Assembly (NCBI RefSeq): GCF_009914755.1
Contig: NC_060928.1
Length of the DNA stretch: 64,000 nt
Source of the DNA: the human T2T-CHM13v2.0 reference genome, Homo sapiens
Strand: one strand, 5' to 3'
Shown: piece by piece, positions 57,628-64,000 of the stretch
Layout of the letters: every line of letters starts with the position of its first letter
Numbering within the stretch: the first letter of the stretch is position 1
Position numbers and translations under genes: made by a program
The notes under the pieces: model-generated
Seen by the model: only the letters and a program-made list of their open reading frames with translations
Told to the model about the DNA's origin: nothing
Databases searched by the model: none

Positions 57628-58539
57628 CATTGAATGCTCTCAAAACACAACTTCTGGCTGGAAAAATACCTGTCGTGTGTGTGCTTCCTATTTCTGCTTT
57701 TGAACAACATTGTTACAGAGTTTCTTGCATAAAGCTCTTCAGAATATATGATGTCCAACTGTTAATTTAACCTTAAAGAGAATAGAAAAATTAGGATGTG
57801 AAAAAATTAACATGATAAAACATTATATACAATAAACATTAGAAGTTATAAATGACCAATTTATTGGAAAACACAAATTTTTTTACAAGAAAAAAAGCAC
57901 AATTGTCTATGTTTTTCATTTGGTTTAAATTCAATTAAAACTTACACACTTAAGTTGTAAATTGAAGGTATTATTTGATAAAGCTATTTTCTACTTAAAT
58001 TATCAACATAGTTCCAACATTTGAAAACACGTATTTTTATGGAAGAATTTGAGTTTTCAGAATTTTTTCTTGGGACTGACCTGAGTTGTATTAAAAATTT
58101 ATAATATGCCTTACTTTTAAACTTTCCTATCTTTTCTATACTGTGTAAATCTAATCTATAGTTATTCTGAATGCAATTGGCTTTGGAATTAAGGTTTTGT
58201 TTTAGCTAAAAATGTTAATTCCTAGTTAATAAATCATTTGAATTTTAAGGAACAAGTTTAATTCCCCAATTATAACTCTGGGAGAAAATTGCTGTTCTAA
58301 CATATCAAATACTTTTAAGAGAGTCATTTTCCAAGTAGAATACATTCTATTCTATGACTAGCACTGAATTAGGTTTTCAGAATTCACAGATTTCAACATG
58401 TAGTCTGAGACTGCAACACAAAGATGATGAAGTTTGTGAAGACAAAACAGTTAGCTAGATGCCTGTTAAGAAGCATTTTAAAATCAATTTGGAGGGCATC
58501 TTTGATTTTTCCCGTAATGTGAATCTTTCCCCCTTAGTA

Positions 58540-58835
58540 ATGCAAGACTATGTGGAGCAGTGCTGTCTGGAGGACAACTTGTGATAGCTACATCCTGTGG
58601 TGGTGGTGACCAGCAGCAGTGACTTCGTCTACCTGGTCTATCCTTGTGCTAAAAAATGTTCATTGTCCTTCCTGTTCTGGACCCTGTGGAGCTACTTTGA
58701 TTCTTGCAAGACTTCTAAGTCTAATTCTCTAAGCAGCTATTTATTCAGTAAGCCACTTCTTTTCTTCCATTCTATTCTATTTAAGATAACAATAATCAGT
58801 TTCTGTTGCTTGCAATCAGGATTTCTAAATGGATA
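58540..58835 (+). mobile_element. Old ERVL/MaLR LTR 3' part (LTR41/50-like)
   Basis: Ends ATCAGTTTCTGTTGCTTGCAATCAGGA..CTAA..GATA. Confidence 0.5.
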
Positions 58836-58849
58836 TAATGTTAATGAGA

Positions 58850-59070
58850 TACCACAGTGCAGTGGAATGTGGTAAAGATTTGGAGTTAATCAGACTCATG
58901 TCTTGTTTGTGCTATTTCTTACCGAAAAATGGTCTCAAATTACTTTACCCCTAGTGCCTCATTCTCCTCATTTATAAAATTGAATTTATATTACTTACAC
59001 CAGAGAGCTGTTCTTCAGCTTGAAATAATAATAACATCTAACACAGTGTCTGACAAACAGGGTTAGACAA
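58850..59070 (+). mobile_element. MIR
   Basis: GTGCCTCATTCTCCTCATTTATAAAAT core; ACACAGTGTCTGACA. Confidence 0.6.
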
Positions 59071-59928
59071 TGGAAAAGAAATAGTGATCCAAACACCCTT
59101 GGATCATTTCTTTTTGCATTTAACCCTTCCTCAGTCACTGAAATATCTTCTTGAGAAATTCACTGTGAACTGGAAATGCATTTGACAATATACATTGTGG
59201 TGCAGAATTTCAAGCTTTTTAAAGAAAAGTTTATTTTTTTGTATTGTTAGCCTTGAAAAGGTATTTTCACATCTTTAGACACTTGGAACAAGTGTGAATA
59301 AGAATTTTGGTCTTGATGAAAATATAGTCATCTTACTATTAGAAGGGAGTAAGTGCCTTTTACTCCCTTCTTGATTTCCATGATGAGAGATTTCTTTTCC
59401 TAGGACTTTCTCCACCCACTTAAAACCTCTACCTTTTCTCCTCTTGTTGCCTATAGGGAACACATGTTCTCCTACCATCGCTATCCCACTACCACAGCAA
59501 GAGCCTGCCCCAGATCAGCATTGCCTAGAATTGAGTGAGCAACTTTCCCTATATCTAAAATTCGTATAGTAGTCCCATCTGTCTCTTACACAAAGTTGTG
59601 TACCCTTACCTAACTTTATCAGTAGTAAAAGTGATGTTTAGACTCCTTATTCTCTCTGTTATTTCTCAAATTGCACAGAAGCTCAATGAAGAAGAGACAT
59701 GGTGCTTATGAGAGGATCCCCCTCTGGAGCCCAGCACTTCAAAGGAGGCTAAAAGGGTTTCTGGTCTGCTTAAAGGTTCAATTGTCCTAACTAAATCTTT
59801 TCAAACTCGATTAGCTGTATTTACAAGACACCATACATTAGAACTCTTTCTATAGCAAAAAGCAAAAATGCCTTTGACTGTACACTTGTAAGGTGAGTAA
59901 GGCTGGCAGATAATTCTCTGTGGGTAAT

Positions 59929-61866
59929 AACATGGTGAACCTATATTTAGAAAACCCCATTGTCTCAGCCCAAAAATTCCTTAAGCTGATAAGAAACTTC
60001 AGCAAAGTCTAAGGACACAAAATCAATGTACAAAAATCACAAGCATTCCTATACACCAATGATAGCCAAATCATGAGTGAACTCCCATTCACAATTGCTA
60101 CAAAGAGAATAAAATACCTAGGAATACAACTTGCAAGAGATGTGAAGGACTTCTTCAAGGAGAACTACAAACCACTGCTCAAGGAAATAAGAGAGGACAC
60201 AAACAAATGGAATAATATTCCATGCTCATAGATAGGAAGACTCAACATGAAAATGGCCATATTGCCCAAATTAATTTATAGACTTCATGTTGTCCCCATC
60301 AAGGTAACATTGACTTTCTTCACAGAATTAGAAAAAAAACTACTTTATATTTCATATGGAACCAAAAAAGAGCCCATATAGCCAAGAAAATCATAAGCAA
60401 AAAGAACAAAGCTGGAGGCATCATGCTACCTGACTTCAAACTATACTACAAGGCTAGAGTAACCAAAACAGCATGGTACTGGTACCAAAACAGATATACA
60501 GACAAATGGAACAGAACAGAGGCCTCAGAAATAATGCCATACATCTACAACCATCTGATCTTTGATGAACCCGACAAAAACAAGCAATGGGGAAAGGGTT
60601 CTCCATTTAATAAATGGTGTTGGGAAAACTGGCTAGCCATCTGCAGAAAACTGAAACTGGATGCCTTCCTTACACATTATACAAAAATTAATTCAAGATG
60701 GATTAAAGACTTAAACATAAGACCTGAAACTATAAAAATCCTACAAGAAAATCTAGGCAATACTATTCAGGACATAGGCATGGGCAAATACTTCATGACT
60801 AAAACACCAATAGAAACGGCAACTAAAGTCAAAATTGACAAATGGGATCTAATTATACTAAAGAGCTTCTGCACAGCAAAAGAAACTCATCAGAGTGAAC
60901 AGACAACCTAAAGAATGGGAGAAAATTTTTGCAATCTATCCACCTGACAAAAGGCTAATATCCAGAACCTACAAAGTACTTAAACAAATTTACAAGAAAA
61001 AATCAAACAACCCCATCAAAAAGTGGGCAAAGGATATGAATAGACACTTCTCAAATGAAGACATTTATGCGGCTGACAAACATAAAGAAAAAAACGCTCA
61101 TCATCAGTGGTCATTAGAGAAATACAAACCAAAACCACAATGAGATACCATCTCACGCCAGTTAGAATGGCAATCATTAAAAAGTCAGGAAACAACAGAT
61201 GCTGGAGACGATGTGGAGAATTAGGAACGCTTTTACACTGTTGGTGGGATTGTACATATAGTTCAACCATTATGGAAGACAGTGTGGTGATTCCTCAAGG
61301 ATCTAGAACCAGAAATTTCATTTGACCCAGCAATCCCATTACTGAGTATATATCCAAAGGATTGTAAATCATTCTATTATGAAGACACATGTACACGTAT
61401 GTACTGCAGCACTGTTCACAATAGCAAAGACTTGGAACCAACACAAATGCCCATCAAAGATAGACTAGATAAAGAAAATGTGGCACATATACAACATGGA
61501 ATACTATGCAGCCATAAAAATGATGAGTTCATGTCCTTTGCAGGGACATGGGTGAAGCTGGAAACCATCATTCTTAGCAACTAACACAGGAACAGAAAAC
61601 CAAACACCGCATGTTCTCACTCATGAGTGGGAGTTGAACAGTGAGAACACAGGGACACAGGGAGGGAAACATCACACAGTAGGGCTTGTCGGGAGGTGGG
61701 GGGCTCGGGGAGGGCTAGCATTAGGAGAAATACCTAATATAGATGACGGGTTGATGGGTGCAGCAAACCACCATGGCACGTGTATACCTATGTAACAAAC
61801 CTGCACGTTCTGCACACATATCCTAGAACTTAAAGTATAATAAAAAAAGAAAAAGAAGAAGAAGAA
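59929..61866 (+). mobile_element. 5'-truncated L1PA (PA7/8-like), ORF2 C-terminal part and 3' UTR, disrupted
   Basis: [42 protein letters not shown]; 3' end GACGGGTTGATGGGTGCAGCAAACCACCATGGCAC..AGAACTTAAAGTATAATAAAA. Confidence 0.96.
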
Positions 61867-62029
61867 ATAGATTAGATATCAGAACTCATCATATATTTTA
61901 AGAATAAATACTGTTTTGTGAAACTTCCAAAAAAGAGAAAAACTCATAATGCATTATCACCAGGAACTGCATTTTTAACACTCTCATTAACATACCCTGA
62001 GAAAACAAAAGTAAATAAATCAAACTAAC

Positions 62030-62190
62030 TTTTTGAGTACCTAGCATGCAATAAGTCCTTAGCAAGAAAAATATCATTTTAGAAATAAGGAAACTGAGCC
62101 TGAGAGGAGTTAAGTAAGCTAAAGACATGTATTAGTAATCAGTGGAACCAGGATGAAAACATAAGGTGTTTGACTCCAAAAATCTGTTCC
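62030..62190 (-). mobile_element. MIR
   Basis: AGGAAACTGAGCCTGAGAGGAGTTAAGTAA..TGACTCCAAA. Confidence 0.75.
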
Positions 62191-63472
62191 CTTTAATGGA
62201 ATATCCATAACTCTTGTAACCCTGCAGCATTTTCACCCTAGTTAGAGAGATATGATTTACAGTTTCAGATACATATGTATAATTTTTCAACTCTTTCTAC
62301 TCCCCATAAATAACAATTTTTACAAATATATAGAAATCAAGATTGATCATGTGAAGTTCAAATTCAAGGAATTCAAATTATTGAAAAAAAGGCATTATAC
62401 TATAAGGCTAGTCAGAGATTGAGTGGGAAGAAAAGGAAGAAAATGTATAAATATATATGTGTATGTGTATATATTCACATTCTCTTCTCAGAAGATAGGC
62501 CTTCCATTAACTTCAGTAGGCAGCTGCTTGAATTGTATCCATTATCTGCATAAATATATAATGTCCCAAGTGTGCAATTATGTAGGTCCACAGTTAAGAA
62601 TGAGTCGGTTTTAAAATCTATGTGCTGGGAACCTGACTGTTTCTGAAATATTTGCATTTGAAAGAATAGAGACTCTTCATAGAAACTGTCAGCAGCTCAA
62701 TGCAGCTTATTAGTGCCCATTTTATACTAAAGAATGAGCATTATGGCTTGGAATTCTCTTTCTCCCCAGCCAGAGAGACATGCTTTCCCTATCACAGTTT
62801 GATGAGTCTGGGGTTAGTTGGCTTATTGCCCATTCCACTGATGCAGAACACTCTGTGCACATTTGGGCTTATAATATATAAGAAGTCCATATCTGAAACA
62901 CAATATGGGTAGTCCATTTACTATTCAATCGATACCATCATTCACTGAGCTAAATATACATGTTTATTATTTCATCACAATTGCATTATCATCGTTAAAA
63001 ATCTTCCACAATCCTTTTTCTAAGTTCCTGACTACACACAAAACAGTTGTGTGTTTCCCTAGAAAGTTAACAATCTAAGTAAAGTTACAAACTTTGAAAG
63101 TGCAGTTGCGCGACTTTATATAGAAGAGAGATGATCTGTTTAATTTTATGTTTGATTAGCACACGTTTTTATGTAATCTTATCATTTATATTTCTAATGA
63201 AAGAATTGCTATATCTTCAACATCTACTGAATTCTACTAAGCAAAACTAAGTAGCTTATTCAAATCATGCTAACATTTATACCTTAAAGCAAATTCTAAT
63301 AATGTTAGGAAGATAGGATTCCTTCATTCACATGCATATTTGTTCATTTTCATACTGCTATAAAGAACTGCCCAAGGCTGAAAAAATTCATACTAACACA
63401 GGCTTTGTAAGTCTTTTAAATAATGTATATTTTATTAATTATTATACAACTATAAATCCAAAGCTTGATTTT

Positions 63473-63795
63473 TTCAATTTATGTTTTATCTTTATTTTAT
63501 TTTTTATTTTTGGAGAGAGTATCACTCTGTTGCCCAGGCTGCAGTGCGGTGGTGTGATAATAGCTCACCACAACATCAAACTTCTGGCTCAAATGATCCT
63601 CCTGACTCAGCCTCCCAAGTAACTAGGACTACAAGTGTAAGCCACCATGCTGGCGATGTTTTTATTTTTTGTGGAGATTAAGTTAAGTTTTCACTATGTT
63701 GACCAGGCTGGTTTCCAACTTCTGGCCTCAAGCAATTCTCCTGTCTTGGCCTCCCATAGTGCTGGGATTACAGGCATGAGCCATTGCACCCAATC
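63473..63795 (-). mobile_element. AluJ with TSD
   Basis: ATAATAGCTCAC, GGCTCAAATGATCCTCC and GGCCTCAAGCAATTCTCC J diagnostics; flanking CAAAGCTT(G/A)ATTTT at 63459 and 63796. Confidence 0.93.
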
Positions 63796-64000
63796 CAAAG
63801 CTTAATTTTCTTTCCGCTTGGAACCAAGATGTCAACTGATGCCCAGCCAGCAAGTCATAAAACAGGGCCAGCTGACTCACTTTGATGGTCATCACCTACT
63901 TCAAATGTGTACTGAACCCTACTCAGGATCCCTATTACAAATATGAGAATCTCTCACTTTGCCCTGTCTCACAAACATTCAAACTCTCCAACTGAAAACT

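Noticed and set aside
60423-60911. 162-aa ORF
   Set aside because: Fragment of L1 ORF2 in a 5'-truncated, frameshifted L1PA; not a gene.
63336-63382. About 45-bp THE1/MST-like LTR end
   Set aside because: Too short to call confidently.

Overview
Primate (almost certainly human) AT-rich, repeat-dense, gene-poor DNA, either intergenic or deep intronic. No protein-coding exon of a host gene is supported. Nearly all listed ORFs are fragments of Alu, L1, ERVL or MaLR, or are chance ORFs. Recognisable content: about 9 Alu/FLAM copies including a pristine AluYa5 with a 16-bp TSD; several L1s (a twin-primed L1PB, L1PA7/8-like 3' ends, old L1M); a degraded MLT2/ERVL provirus (45.0-53.9 kb) with nested THE1B and L1 and a small inversion in its dUTPase; a compact two-LTR LTR47-like unit with a tRNA-Ser PBS; MLT1, MIR, L2 and microsatellites. 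I cannot demonstrate a new biological system. The best leads are (i) an unassigned degenerate minus-strand coding-like relic at about 6.5-8.1 kb with viral-glycoprotein-like Cys motifs and (ii) a multi-template-switch insertion inside the L1PB 3' UTR. Repeat subfamily names come from recalled consensus sequences, not from a search.
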